Source: Octopus sinensis
Lineage: Eukaryota
Direction: 5' to 3'
Assembly (NCBI RefSeq): GCF_006345805.1
Contig: NC_043001.1
Location: forward strand, 27,466,001-27,530,000
DNA: 64,000 nt
Under the pieces are notes generated by a model, which made no database searches, was not told where the DNA came from, and worked only from the letters and a program-made list of their open reading frames with translations. Made by a program: the position numbers and the translations under genes. Within the stretch, counting starts at the first letter, position 1. Each line of letters starts with the position of its first letter. This document shows, one piece after another, positions 38,001 through 50,012 of this stretch.

Positions 38001-38914
38001 TTATCATTTATCATCTTTGTTTCCCTTAATTTTCACATTTAGTTGGTTTTAAAAATGTATTTTCAATTTTTTATACAGTGATAAATTTTCTCAAGTTTTT
38101 AAAATGTCACCTACATATTTATTTCTAAGTGAATATAACAAATATGTGATATTTTACTTGGTGAAATGTGAGCAAATCAGATATTCATAAAATAAAAAAA
38201 ACAAGCAAACAACATAAAAATAATATCACAAATACAAAAAGCAAAAAAAAAAACAGGTTTCTTTGATCAGGGTTAACCTGGATCTATACAAACAACATAA
38301 AAAGGAACAGATATAAATTTAGCATTAACATTAAATCTATGCCTTAGTCTGTAAAAATATAACAACAAATAAAGTTAAATAAATATATTTATAAATAAGA
38401 TTAAAGAAACAGATGTGATAAGTTTCATAGCAAAAAAAGAAAAATAGTAACTGGCAACAAGATATAAATGTAAATGTTATTTTTATTACTGTTTCTACTA
38501 TTAATAAATAATATATTTTTAATATCTAGGAATAATATAATAACAAAGAGAGCAAAATCCTTATTTACACATTTTGAGGAAAGTTCAATATTTGGTTTGT
38601 ACAGAATGCTTACAGATCTGAGAAGATAGTTTTTTTTTTTTAACAAATTTTGTGCCAGTGTGAAATAGGTTCATTGTCAACAAATTTGAAATGAAATAGT
38701 TCCAAAAATTTGAAAAAAGGTTTAATTTAAAATAAATATTTATAAACTTAATATGAACTGTTTTAAAGTGTATTTAAAAAAAATTAAAATGCTAAAATAA
38801 AAAAAAATTAATTAAAAAAAACTGAATATGTGCAACAAAAGTGAGAAGGGAGCACAACATTTGATCTTTAGCAATAAATGAAAAACTAAGAAACACTAAA
38901 ATACTGGGTGATAG

Positions 38915-39059
38915 TTAACTTGCATGGTTTTCCTGAGAATCATATGAAGAACTGCTGAGCAAACGACGCAGCCACTTCTGAACAGCTTGTAGGATTTGTT
39001 GAGAAAGTAAACATGGGTGGATCTTGGCTAGTAACGCTCCACACTGACTAAGATAATCA
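38915..39059 (-). CDS. NAA60: N-alpha-acetyltransferase 60, terminal coding exon (145 bp including TAA)
   Basis: ttttcttcag|T GAT TAT CTT...AGT TAA. Translates (Y)DYLSQCGALLAKIHPCLLSQQILQAVQKWLRRLLSSSSYDSQENHAS*. Phase matches the upstream TA|T, and it resembles the amphipathic C-terminal tail of NAA60 (DY...PC). Confidence 0.9.
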
Positions 39060-39080
39060 CTGAAGAAAAGTATTAAGGAA
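39060..39080 (-). promoter_or_regulatory. U12-type branch point and 3' splice site
   Basis: Minus strand TTCCTTAATACTTTTCTTCAG|. TTCCTTAAT (39080-39072) fits the consensus TTCCTTRAY, with the branch adenosines at -15/-14. Confidence 0.9.
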
Positions 39081-40689
39081 AATTGAAATTCTGACATGGA
39101 AGGAACTGAAATGAAACAGTTAACTCTTACATGTTGTTGATTGATTATCAAAATTAAAATATACATTTGAGTTTACTGGATGGTATTTAAGGGATACATA
39201 TTGATTTGACATTCAAATATTGGTTATTGAACTATGCAGTTAAGATTTGAGTTAGGTAAAAAGGAATTAGACACACAAAAAACAAAAACAGAATCTGTTG
39301 GTGGTATTAAAAAAGTTTATGTTGAGAATGGGAAACTAGAATACAAATTAAGATGGTATAGAACTCACTCCTGTAATGAAGGGCAGGGTTCAACAGGTTT
39401 CCCTTACTCAAACACATATCATCATCATACCAGCAAAATGGTTTGTTTCCAGTCCTCCAAGAAAGAAACATCTGGCCATGAGAAAATATTACCTTCCTTG
39501 TAAACAGGTGAAAGCTAGCAACAAGAAGTGCATCCGGCTGTAAAAAAAATCTGCCACAACTAATTCTATCTGACCCATACAAGCATGGAAAAGTGAATGT
39601 TTGATGGAGATGATGAAAATGATGAACACTTATTTCATTTTTTGCAAATTAGAAGGCAGTTCAAATCAAAGCTATGTTCATGTAATTACATAACTTCCAC
39701 TGACACCTAAAACTAACAAATTTTATTGGTGACTGTAGCTTCATGGATGGGTGTTCATCTAAAACAATTTATTTATTGCTTTAATATTTGACAGGAATTG
39801 CATTTGAAAAACTGATACCTGAAGAAGACAAATCAAATTGTTGGATACAGAAACAAAAAGAGAGTAGTACTTAATCATAGATATAAAACAAAGCATTCTC
39901 ACAATATTGACAGAAATATTAATATTGTTTTCCAGCAAATATAAAAGCCTCTTTCTATATTAGCCAATTTTTACAGGATTTTTCAAAGTTTAGTTTTTGT
40001 TGTTTTACTAACTTCATTCTAATCTTTTTCTTTAACACAACTTCTAAAAATTTAAGCTTTCAAGACAGATTGCTTTGGACAATTTTCAGCTTGCAAGTTT
40101 TTGTTTCATATAAGCATCTCTAGTAGAAACAACTCAATGCATTTTTTATTCCAAAGTGTCTACCTAATACATTTTAAATTGAATATTTCAAAAATATACC
40201 ATCCATTCAAGTCATTAACAAATAATATAGTTAGCGTCTATTCCTTGGAGATAAGCGATCAATTCATAATCAATTATTTGGCTGAACTTCTTTTATATCT
40301 TCCAAATAAAAATAGTTTGTTGGCTTGCCTGAAATACCTTGATAACTCTTTGGTCTCCACATCATTTTATAAATTCTTTTTCAACATACTAGGAAAACAG
40401 GTTTTGTTGATATATATCATAACTGTTGCTTGTTTATAGCAACAGCTTATAGGTTTCATCCCAAGGGAGCTTTGAATAGCTTGTAATTCAATTACATCCT
40501 GTAATCATTATCACCACTATCTTTGCCATTACTGCCATCATCTCATTTTTTTATACCATGTCAAATTCTAATGCAATTTCTGTGAAATTCTATCTAATCT
40601 TGACTCACTCCACCACTTTTAAATAAGAAGCCAGTTTCTACATTTATCTTCTGACTTTACCATTCCCTGAACTTCTCCAATAACCAACA

Positions 40690-41110
40690 TCATTATCATT
40701 GACATCCACTGTCCATGCTGGTATGGGTTGAACAGTTTGACAAGGAGCTGGCTAGCAGGCAGCTGTCCAGACTCCAACTGTCTGTTGTGGTATGGTTTCT
40801 ATGGCTGGAAGCCCTTCCTTATGCCAACCAGTTAACAGAGTGTGCTCGGTGCTTTTTATGTGCACCAGCATGAATGCATTAATGCAGCACAGGCACAGGT
40901 GCTTTTTAAGTGGCACCAGCATCTGAAAAGACAAGCCTGTATGTGTGAAAGACAGCAATTTTACTTAGCTTGACGTGTCTTATCAAGTACAACAAATTAC
41001 CACATCTCCCAGTCCCTTACCTTTTCCTCAGTGAGACCCAGCATCTGAAGATCCTTTCTCACCACTTCGTCCCATGTCTTCTTGAGTCTATCCTTTATAG
41101 GAAACATCTA
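40690..41110 (-). mobile_element. 5'-truncated RTE 3' end in the NAA60 U12 intron
   Basis: (CAT)n tail, shared UTR with modules, and a KTWDEVVRKDL-like segment at 41010-41090. Confidence 0.7.
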
Positions 41111-42289
41111 TCTCAGCTTACCTCTTTCTGAAGTCATCGAGATCAGTGACTTAATTTAATTCCTTTCACTTGTATCCCTGACCAACACACTGACTCATGA
41201 TCCCTTTCTCATTCCTCAATAGATCTTCTACCAAACCATGATAATTTCTGCTTTACTGGATCTCCTAAGATAGATTCCACTTCACATCAGTCTACCCCAA
41301 AATGACTCCTGCAGAATTCTTTCAACTCAACTAACAGGTTCAAGCTCTGCCATCTTTATTCAGACTATCCCTGGCAGTAAATATATTTAATTTCTCATTC
41401 ATCTGAAACAGTGACAGTAATATGATAATGCTAAGTATGACCGTTCATACAACCAAAATTTACTGGGTCTAACTCATAGATGTGTTGCAGCTGTACAGGT
41501 AATAAGTACAGCCTATATGTAGAGAATGTTACCCACCATCTCCAACGAGGAGGATTACTCAATATCATAATGCCTGCTGCAAGACAAGCATAAGTAATAT
41601 TTTCATGCATTGCAGCCTTCAAATTCATATGTCTCTTTCAGGTAAAGGCACCAAACCTGTTGGGTATTTTGCTTTCTGTTCTACACAGCATACATATGCA
41701 AGACTCCAGCCAGACTCTTTTTTTTTTGACTTAACTTGTTTTGCTGCCATATACATAGTCACTACATATAAACATCTATCTGATCACCATATTACCACAT
41801 ACTGACTAATCCAGACACTGCTCCTAGTATTACCCTCAAAGTATGCGTTAAAGTATGAGTTAATCTTACCTTAAACTTTTCAATCTTGCACTATAAGGGT
41901 ATATCCTAATTCACAGAAACACATCAGCATGTTCTAATCTCAAGAAAGACAACCACTCTGCCCCTGCCAACTACTACTCTTTTACAGTCACTTATGCCTT
42001 AAAGATGATAGAATTGTAAACAACCACTTCATTCACCTTGAATGTCACTAGTTGCTGTTGAGCTTGGTCTATGGAAGAGCTACTCCCTAATGTCATACAT
42101 AGTGGTTTTTCAGTCTTGAAAACTTTGAAAATGTAGTAGGCCTTGACAGTTACAATGCTCTCAACTGCTTCTGCAATGAGGATCTCAGAGTTCAGTTGCC
42201 GAACCAGCTGTAATGATCTCTAGCATTGGAAGATTCTTGTCAGACTGCTTCATCATGGTGTGGATCAATGACTCACACATTATCAATTT

Positions 42290-42620
42290 TGATGGCACTT
42301 GTGCTGGTGGCATGTGAGAAAACATTTGAGCGAGGTCGTTGCCAGAGCCGCTGGACTGGCTCCTGTACAGGTGGCACATAAAAAGCACCATTTGAGCGTG
42401 GCCGTTGCCAGTACCGCCTCACTGGTCCTCGTGCCGGTGGCACATAAAAGCACCCACACACTCTCGGAGTGGTTGGCATTAGGAAGGGCATCTAGCTGTA
42501 GAAACTCTGCTGGATCAGATTGCAGTCTGGTGCAGTCATCTGGTTCACCAGACCTCAGTCAAATCGTCCAACCCATGCTAGCATGAAAAGCAGATGTTAA
42601 ATGATGATGATGATGATGAT
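42290..42620 (+). mobile_element. RTE 3' UTR fragment with module array and (GAT)n tail
   Basis: Shares GAGTGGTTGGCATTAGGAAGGGCATCTAGCTGTAGAAAC...GTTAAATGATGATG with 61100-61530. Confidence 0.75.
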
Positions 42621-44404
42621 GTACTTCAGTATTCAGTTATGTTGCCACACTCTTCCTTCTGAGATTTGTAACTTTCTCACTGGCAGATAGTGCCCCACCC
42701 CCATTTAACCTTTCCCTCTCAGGCATCATTGCACATGCAAATTAGGCTTGAAGTACTTCTTTAAAGGACCTCAAAAACATCTGCCAATAACAACATGACA
42801 ATTTAGACACCTTCAACAATAGTAAAACACAGTCACTACTCATATCAAGAAGTCTTACTTGCATATAGGGATGAAGATAATGTGAAACACACCAGTCACT
42901 CACCAAAGATAAAGATTCCCTCACCTATACATTACAATGAGTACAAATGTGTTATTGATTCTTGTAACTCTCTTTTCTTGTGATAACTACTTTTTTTTTT
43001 TCAACTAATAAGCTGCCTACCACCTCTATACATGTTCACGCAAGGAACCCACTCCTCTTCTTCCTTCTCTTCTTTCTCCTCTTACATTATCATTGCTGCA
43101 TCTCACTTTCCAAATTCTGCTCTAAGTACTTTGCTAAACCCCCTTCTTAGCTTGCTCTAATCCCTCTACAATCCTTTCCTTTGCACACACTTTTCCTATA
43201 AGCATCAACCTCTTAAATTCAAGTTAAACTTCAAACGCATCAACCTCATCAGTCTGAGAGGGTGTTCAAAGGTCTTAACACAAATGACCTTGTTTTCTAA
43301 CTAACTAAATAAAAGCAATTTTCACTTTCAGCATCACCACACTTGTCAGTGTCATTGTTATCATCAGTCATCATTACATTAATCATTACAACTATCAATA
43401 TCACTATCATCATCAGCACCATCACCCCTTCCCATCACCAACAATGACACTTATACAAAGACCAACCTTACCACTACCATCATCATTATCATCATTATCA
43501 GCAGCAGCAGCAGTAGCAGCAGGCTTATGCTTCCATTACGCTACTCTTACATTTGAACTATGCATTTGTAAATGTGTACGAACTGGAAAACTGCCAGAGT
43601 ACTCTGATACAGATAAAATAAAATTTGGGTGGAGATGAAGGCTTCTGTAACTCTTGCATTACCGGTATTGATGTCTGGGCCAGATCAGGTTGTAGTAAAT
43701 GACTAATGACCAGCCAAGCTAGTTTCCTGAAGTAGTCACCTATCAATTAGATCTTGAACTACTTTAACTTCAATAATCTGTAAGAAAATGAGTTCATGCT
43801 AAATTTTATCAAAACACATCTAACAGAGGAACAACAAATTGGTAAAATAAATGCAATACAGGACAACTGATTCATTGAAGGAAAGCCTCTATGTGGTTTC
43901 TCAGCCTAAAAGAAATAGCAGCTAAATCCTCATTAAACTGCACCCAACCATCTTTAAAAAAAGGACATATTGGATAATATAATTCAAGGGACACTAATCC
44001 ATAAAAAAGAACAAAATGAGACAGGACATCAATTTAAGTATCCTTTTCAGTAATTTGTTGTTCAAAGCAGGACCATTAATTCTATGCATGGTATCAGATC
44101 ACATGAGAATATGGCTTACAATAAGAGGAGAGCTAAAAAAAAATGGAAATTATATCAATAACAAGTAACAGAAGATGATAAATAGGTTTCCTCTATTTGT
44201 GTGAGTGTATGTGTGTGTGTGTGTTTGTGTGTGTACATGTTTAGATGGGTGCAAGTGTGCTCAGACAGTGTATTAGAAGCCTGCTCAATGCTAACTTAAT
44301 TATCATGGTGAACAATAACAGTGATACAATATTTAATTAGTCTGCAAATAAAATAGAATTGAACATACTCCGAAACAAAGAAAGCTAATAGACATATTAG
44401 TTAT

Positions 44405-44422
44405 GTGTGTGTTTCTGTATGT

Positions 44423-44481
<59 letters not shown>

Positions 44482-44504
44482 TATATATATGTATTATATA
44501 TATG

Positions 44505-44580
<76 letters not shown>

Positions 44581-44772
44581 TATATATATATATGTATGTA
44601 TTATATATATATATGTATAGGACATACACATATACATATAAGATATACACATATACACATATGATATACACATATACACATATGATATACACATATACAC
44701 ATATGATATACACATATACACATATGATATACACATATACATATATTTGACATATATATATATATATATATA
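44405..44772. repeat. (TG)n/(TA)n microsatellite plus 21-bp minisatellite (ACACATATACACATATGATAT) x4-5
   Basis: Directly visible; tandem 21-mer at about 44648-44745. Confidence 0.92.
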
Positions 44773-45037
44773 CAAAAAGCAATAAAGATTCAAGTTAATT
44801 TAAATGAATTTACTTGAATATGGTACCTAACTTAGATGCACCAAAAAAAACTATACTGTTTTAACAATACAGTAATGTGGGGTGATTATAAGCGAGAAAG
44901 AAGCAACAAGAATGGATAGGTTTTTAGTACAATCGTTTCATACAAGGACAGGCTTTATTACAACTTTTAATAAAGCCTGTCCTTGTATGAAACGATTGTA
45001 CTAAAAACCTATCCATTCTTGTTGCTTCTTTCTCGCG
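44773..45037 (-). mobile_element. Internally deleted family 1 fold-back element (perfect 69-bp hairpin plus tail) in the NAA60 U12 intron
   Basis: 44892-44960 and 44968-45036 are exact reverse complements with a CAACTTT loop. 44773-44891 is the reverse complement of the 1997-2106 tail. (TA)n on both sides; the CTGATGA half of the ribozyme is missing. Confidence 0.85.
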
Positions 45038-45044
45038 TATATAT

Positions 45045-45078
<34 letters not shown>

Positions 45079-45083
45079 CATAT

Positions 45084-45250
45084 AGTGGAGGCGTGTGGCT
45101 TAGTGGCATCATGATCATAAGATTGTGGTTTCGATTCCTGGACTGGGCGACGCGTTGTGTTCTTAAGCAAAACACTTCATTTCTCGTTGCTCCAGTCCAC
45201 TCAGCTGGCAAAAATGAGTAACGCTGCGATGGACTGGTGTCCCGTCCAAG
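45084..45250 (+). mobile_element. tRNA-derived SINE 5' portion
   Basis: A-box-like TGGCTTAGTGG, B-box-like GTTTCGATTCC, and core TTGTGTTCTTAAGCAAAACACTT. Confidence 0.7.
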
Positions 45251-45254
45251 TGAT

Positions 45255-45695
45255 GCCAAGACACCCTCAGCCTTCTTGGCAATTTTAGCAATGTGTTTTG
45301 TCCAACACAAATCGCTCTCGACAATAATGCCCAGGTCACGTTCACAAGAAGACTTTTTAAGATTAGTGTTGTGGAGGGAATAAGTAGATGCTGGGTTTTT
45401 CTTCCCAAAATGCATGGTGGTACATTTGTCCACAGCCAGCTTGAGTTGCCAGTCCATGATCCACTGCTGCATTGTGTCCAGGTCTGATTGCAATAAAGAT
45501 CTATAGTGTACAGGATCTGTCCTCTTTATTTCGAGGTACAGCTTGATATCATCTGCATATTTCAGCACTGTGGTATTCTTTAAGTTATCATCTATGTCAT
45601 TAACATATGCAACAAATAAAAGGGAGCCAAGAACAGATCCCTGTGGTACACCAGATGTCATCTCATAGTGCTGTCCTGGAACTGTGACAACCTCT
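45255..45695 (-). mobile_element. CR1-type LINE reverse transcriptase fragment
   Basis: TSGVPQGSVLG.LLF..YVND...KYADDIKLY...LQSDLD...W...WQLKL...KC..MHFG...ERDLGI. No stops within the fragment. Confidence 0.9.
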
Positions 45696-47574
45696 TTTTT
45701 TAGTAGGTATGCAGAATGTGAGTAAGTGCACTCATTGTAAACTATGAGTACATAAGAGGTAATGTGGGATTGCAGGTTAGATGATAGAAAAGAACTTCAT
45801 ATGTAATAATGAACAGGAGTAGTTAGCAGTAAAGTCACAAAAGAAATTAAATCTTTCTACTGTCTAGAGTAAGAACAAGATGGAAAAGTTCAGGGTACTA
45901 CTACCTGTGTTGGTAACAAAAAGTTTCTATCTCTTAGTGAAATGCAGATTATACAAATTTCGCATGAGAAGTGCTGTGTTGTATAGCAGCAAGATATTGG
46001 TGCTAAGTGAACTTCTTAACCACATAGCCATAACCTAACTACCAAATACTAAAAATGACATTTAAACAGGAAATTTCCAGTAGTCTCTCATGTTATTGCA
46101 TCTTCATTTTAAAATGACAGGAGAGTGTAGAAATTTCAAGGGGATGTAATGTCTATCTTTAATGTGGTAACAAATGACTAGCATAATGTTGATTTATAGT
46201 CAACATAGCATATAATTCACTGTCTTTCTGAGAATGTGCAGCCTGCTCTGGAGCAAGTATTATCACATGACAAATACAAGATTATGCTACAGGGAGAGAT
46301 ACAGAGCCCTGGGAACATTCTGTTCTACATAGAATAATGATTTTGTTTCTCTCAAAGCAAAGTGAAAGTGGCAGGCTAAGACACACTACTCTTTCAAAGT
46401 GAATAAACTAACAATTTAGTAAGCAGAAATGATTGCTAGCTCAGCTTAAAGCAATATAATAGACACAAGATGGAGGATATAGTAGTACACAAAGGAAATC
46501 AAGAGTAGTAGATTTAGAGAAAAAGAGACCATTTTCTTAGATATGAGGAAAATCCATGGAAAGGGAGAAGGAAAGCATTTAAGAAATAGGAAAAAAGATT
46601 GGGGTAAAGGAATAATGTGTGATGCAGAAATGGAGGGTAATAATAAGTTATGATTGAGAATGGAAAGAAAGGAAAAAGAAAGGAAATTTAACAAAGCTGT
46701 TTGATACAGATAGACACAAACCAGAAGGAAGACAGGAAATGGAGTTGATTCAAAGAAGAGAAAGGAGAAAGAAGAAGCAAAAGCAAAGAGGATGGGAGGT
46801 TACATAGAATCAAATAATTTATTTTTGCATTGTTAGTTTAACAATCCCAAAATAAAGGATTTTGAAGATCTCACTATAAATAATAGCAGCCTCCTCTCCT
46901 CCAAAATGAGTGCAGACAGGATAAAATGTGAAAGAAAGTTAATGTGTATAAAAAGAAGGATGGTGTGTGAGATAAGAAGAACACCTGGAAGGAGAGGAAA
47001 AATACATGAACAAAAACTAAAGAATTATAATCTCTGCTACAAGATCACAAAATTACTTGATGAATTGTTTTGAGGTGATGATATGAAGATAACAGAAAAT
47101 ACAAATGTAATCAGTCAGAAAAGAAATGAAAGACAAGAGGAAGTGTAGTGGAAGCAGTAAAACAAAGAGAAGTGAAGTAGTAAAGTGGGTGTTAACATGC
47201 TTAATGTAGTGAGGCAAAAACATTTCGAAAATCACATTGTATTCTGTAGAGAAGAGAAAAGAATCATTAGCTTAATGATATTAATGATAAATTCTGGTCA
47301 AGAAAGACATGGGGGACAACTCTGAAATTCAAATTAACAGAAATTAACTAAAAATTAAATGGAGGTATACAGTTGGTAGTGAGTCTGGCTTTTGGCAAGT
47401 ACAACAACTCTGGGTGTGTTTCAGTCTTATTGGACCTTGTCAATAAGGTAAAGAGAAAATGTATGAGTATAATAAATATAAATGGTGAATAGATTAAATT
47501 CTTGCTAAGCTGGAAGGAAACTTCATTTAAACTCATTCTTGGAAAAGATGGGGAAATGAAAACAGACAATCATT

Positions 47575-48065
47575 ATCATCATCATCGTTTAACATCCGCT
47601 TTCCATGCTAGCATGGGTTGGACGATTTGACTGAGGACTGGCAAACCAGATGGCTGCACCAGGCTCTAATCTTGATCTGGCAGAGTTTCTACAGCTGGAT
47701 GCCCTTCCTAATGCCAACTACTCCGGGAGTGTAGTGGGTGCTTTTACGTGCCACTGGCACAGGGGCCAGTCAGGCGGTACTGGCAACGACCTCGCTCGAA
47801 TGTTTGTTTCACTTGCCACCAGCACAAGTGCTAGTAAGGCGATGTTGGTAATGATCACGCTCGAATAGTGCCTTTTACGTGCCACTGGCATGGAAGCCAG
47901 TTAGCCACTCTGGCAATGATCATGGTCAGATGGCGCTCTTAGCACCCCACTAGCACGGGGCACAAGTGCCAGAAGGCGACGCTGGTAACGATCACGCTCG
48001 AATGGTGCCTTTTACGTGCCACCGGCATGGAAGCCAGTTAGCCGCTCTGGCAATGATCATGCTCA
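47575..48065 (-). mobile_element. RTE 3' UTR fragment with five about 65-bp modules
   Basis: (CAT)n tail and shared UTR, then tandem modules at 47737-48065. Confidence 0.78.
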
Positions 48066-48734
48066 TTTAGGTATAAACATGACTGGATGGTTAAAAAGTT
48101 CTGTTTCCTAATTACAAGGTTTGATGTTCAGTACTACAACATGGTACCTTGGGCAAGTGTCTTTTACTATAACCTCAGCCCAACCAAAGCCTTGTGAGTG
48201 GATTTGGTAGGCAGAAACTGAAAGAAGCCTATCATATATATGTATGTGTGTGCATGTGTGTGTGTGTGTGTGTTTGTGCCTCCTTGTCTTTACATCACAT
48301 GGTTGTTGTAGGTAAATGTCATTCATTTTCAATATTCTGTAGAAACATGTCTGACCATGGGGAAATACCACCTTGCTTGGAAATAGGTGAGGTTTGGTGA
48401 CAGGAAGAGCATTCAGCTATCAAAAATCTGCATCATGCAAGCATGGGGAAAGTGGGCAGTGAGAAGATGATGATGATGGTGATTTGTCTATTATATGCAG
48501 TAGCTGCAAAAATAATGTGAATTTTGACATTTTCATGAAACGAGATATTTATCAATAGGTGATCAACCTTACTGGTTTCAGAAGAATAATAAACTGGTAT
48601 TTATTATACTTATGACTCCCGCAAGAGCATTAGCAGACTCATCAACAAAATAAAATAGTAATAATCAAAATTGGGTCATCAATAAATTTTGCTGAAAACC
48701 TCTCATTCTGAGATTTTTCAACATTTGCACACGC

Positions 48735-49151
48735 ACATATGCATCTACACACATATATATATACATATATATATTTATATACACTTATACATTTATATAG
48801 ATATATATATGTATATATAAATATATATATGTATATACATATATATATATATATATAAATATATATGTATATATGTATATATATATATATATAAATATAT
48901 ATGTATATATGTATATATATATATATATAGATATATATATATATATGTATATATGTATATATATATATATATATATAATATATATATATAAATATATATG
49001 TATATATATATATATAATATATATATAATATATTATATATATATATATAGATATATATATATATATAAATATATAGGTATATACATACATATATATATAT
49101 AGATATATATATATATATATAATATAAATATATATATATATATATATATAG

Positions 49152-49212
<61 letters not shown>

Positions 49213-49433
49213 TATATATATAAATATATATGTATATACATATATATATATATATAATATAAATATATATATATATTATATATATATAATATATATATAT
49301 AATATATATGTATATACATACATATATATATATATATAATATAATATATATATATATATAATATATATGTATATACATACATATATATTATATATATATA
49401 TATATAATATATATGTATATATAAATATATATG

Positions 49434-49508
<75 letters not shown>

Positions 49509-49541
49509 TGTATATACATAATATATATATATATATATATA

Positions 49542-49579
<38 letters not shown>

Positions 49580-49612
49580 ATATATATGTATATACATATA
49601 TATATATGTGTT
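48735..49612. repeat. About 880-bp complex (TA)n-based microsatellite
   Basis: Almost pure A/T dinucleotide with interspersed TG/CA/GA variants. Confidence 0.97.
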
Positions 49613-49767
49613 TGATTAAATGTATGCCCATGTGCAGGACTACATAGAAATATGAGAATACATTTAAAGCTGGAAGTCTAATATACAAAAATTAATCAGG
49701 ACACACAACAGAGAAAAATTACAAGCTCAAAATACAGCTACTAATTAACTGAATGCTTTTTACTGCC

Positions 49768-49777
49768 AAAAGGATAC
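49768..49777 (-). promoter_or_regulatory. U12-type (minor spliceosome) 5' splice site
   Basis: Intron begins GTATCCTTTT, matching the U12 consensus RTATCCTTT. The other donor in this gene is a normal GTAAGT. Confidence 0.93.
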
Positions 49778-50012
49778 TAAATTGACCAAGGCGGTTGTCC
49801 ACCATTTATGTAAAGCACATAAGAATATCCATCATGTGGTTTGCTATTTATGGAATAGTAATAAGGTAGATAGCTGTGTGGTTGAAAATTACGTCTTTCA
49901 TAGAAACAGATGGCAGCACTGTTGGTGGTTAACACATGCAAATAGATAGCCTTGCAGTTGTAGCGGTCCCGAGATGTAAGATAGGATAACAGGCTATCTA
50001 GTAGAAGCGAAG
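49778..50012 (-). CDS. NAA60: N-alpha-acetyltransferase 60, internal coding exon (235 bp, phase 1 to 2); absent from the supplied ORF track
   Basis: ttttattttgcag|CT TCG CTT...TGG TCA ATT TA|gtatcctttt. Translates (A)SLLLDSLLSYLTSRDRYNCKAIYLHVLTTNSAAICFYERRNFQPHSYLPYYYSINSKPHDGYSYVLYINGGQPPWSI, containing the NAA60 motifs CKAIYLHV, YLPYYYSI and YVLYINGGxPPW. Frame is continuous with both neighbouring exons. Confidence 0.97.

Noticed and set aside
43558-43746. Possible alternative NAA60 terminal exon beginning GDYFRKL
   Set aside because: The acceptor would give TA|G (stop) in the required phase, there is no U12 branch point upstream, and similarity is limited to DY.
44924-45661. 245-aa ORF with an RT-like N-terminus
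   Set aside because: Chimeric read-through of a CR1 RT fragment, an antisense SINE, a TA repeat and the hairpin element; not a gene.
46440-47560. Strongly purine-skewed 1.1-kb block with F/L/S-rich antisense ORFs
   Set aside because: The ORFs reflect composition only. It is probably an ancient LINE relic, but no motif could be recognised.
47737-48065. CRISPR-like alternation of conserved and variable segments
   Set aside because: The variable parts are homologous to each other, the array is part of a LINE 3' UTR in a eukaryotic context, and there are no cas genes.
48642-49688. 348-aa and overlapping Y/I-rich ORFs, and the many similar ORFs at 37-763, 2064-2384, 44403-44793, 51179-51502 and 56815-57219
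   Set aside because: These are translations of (TA)n/(CA)n microsatellites, which lack stop codons in some frames; not coding.
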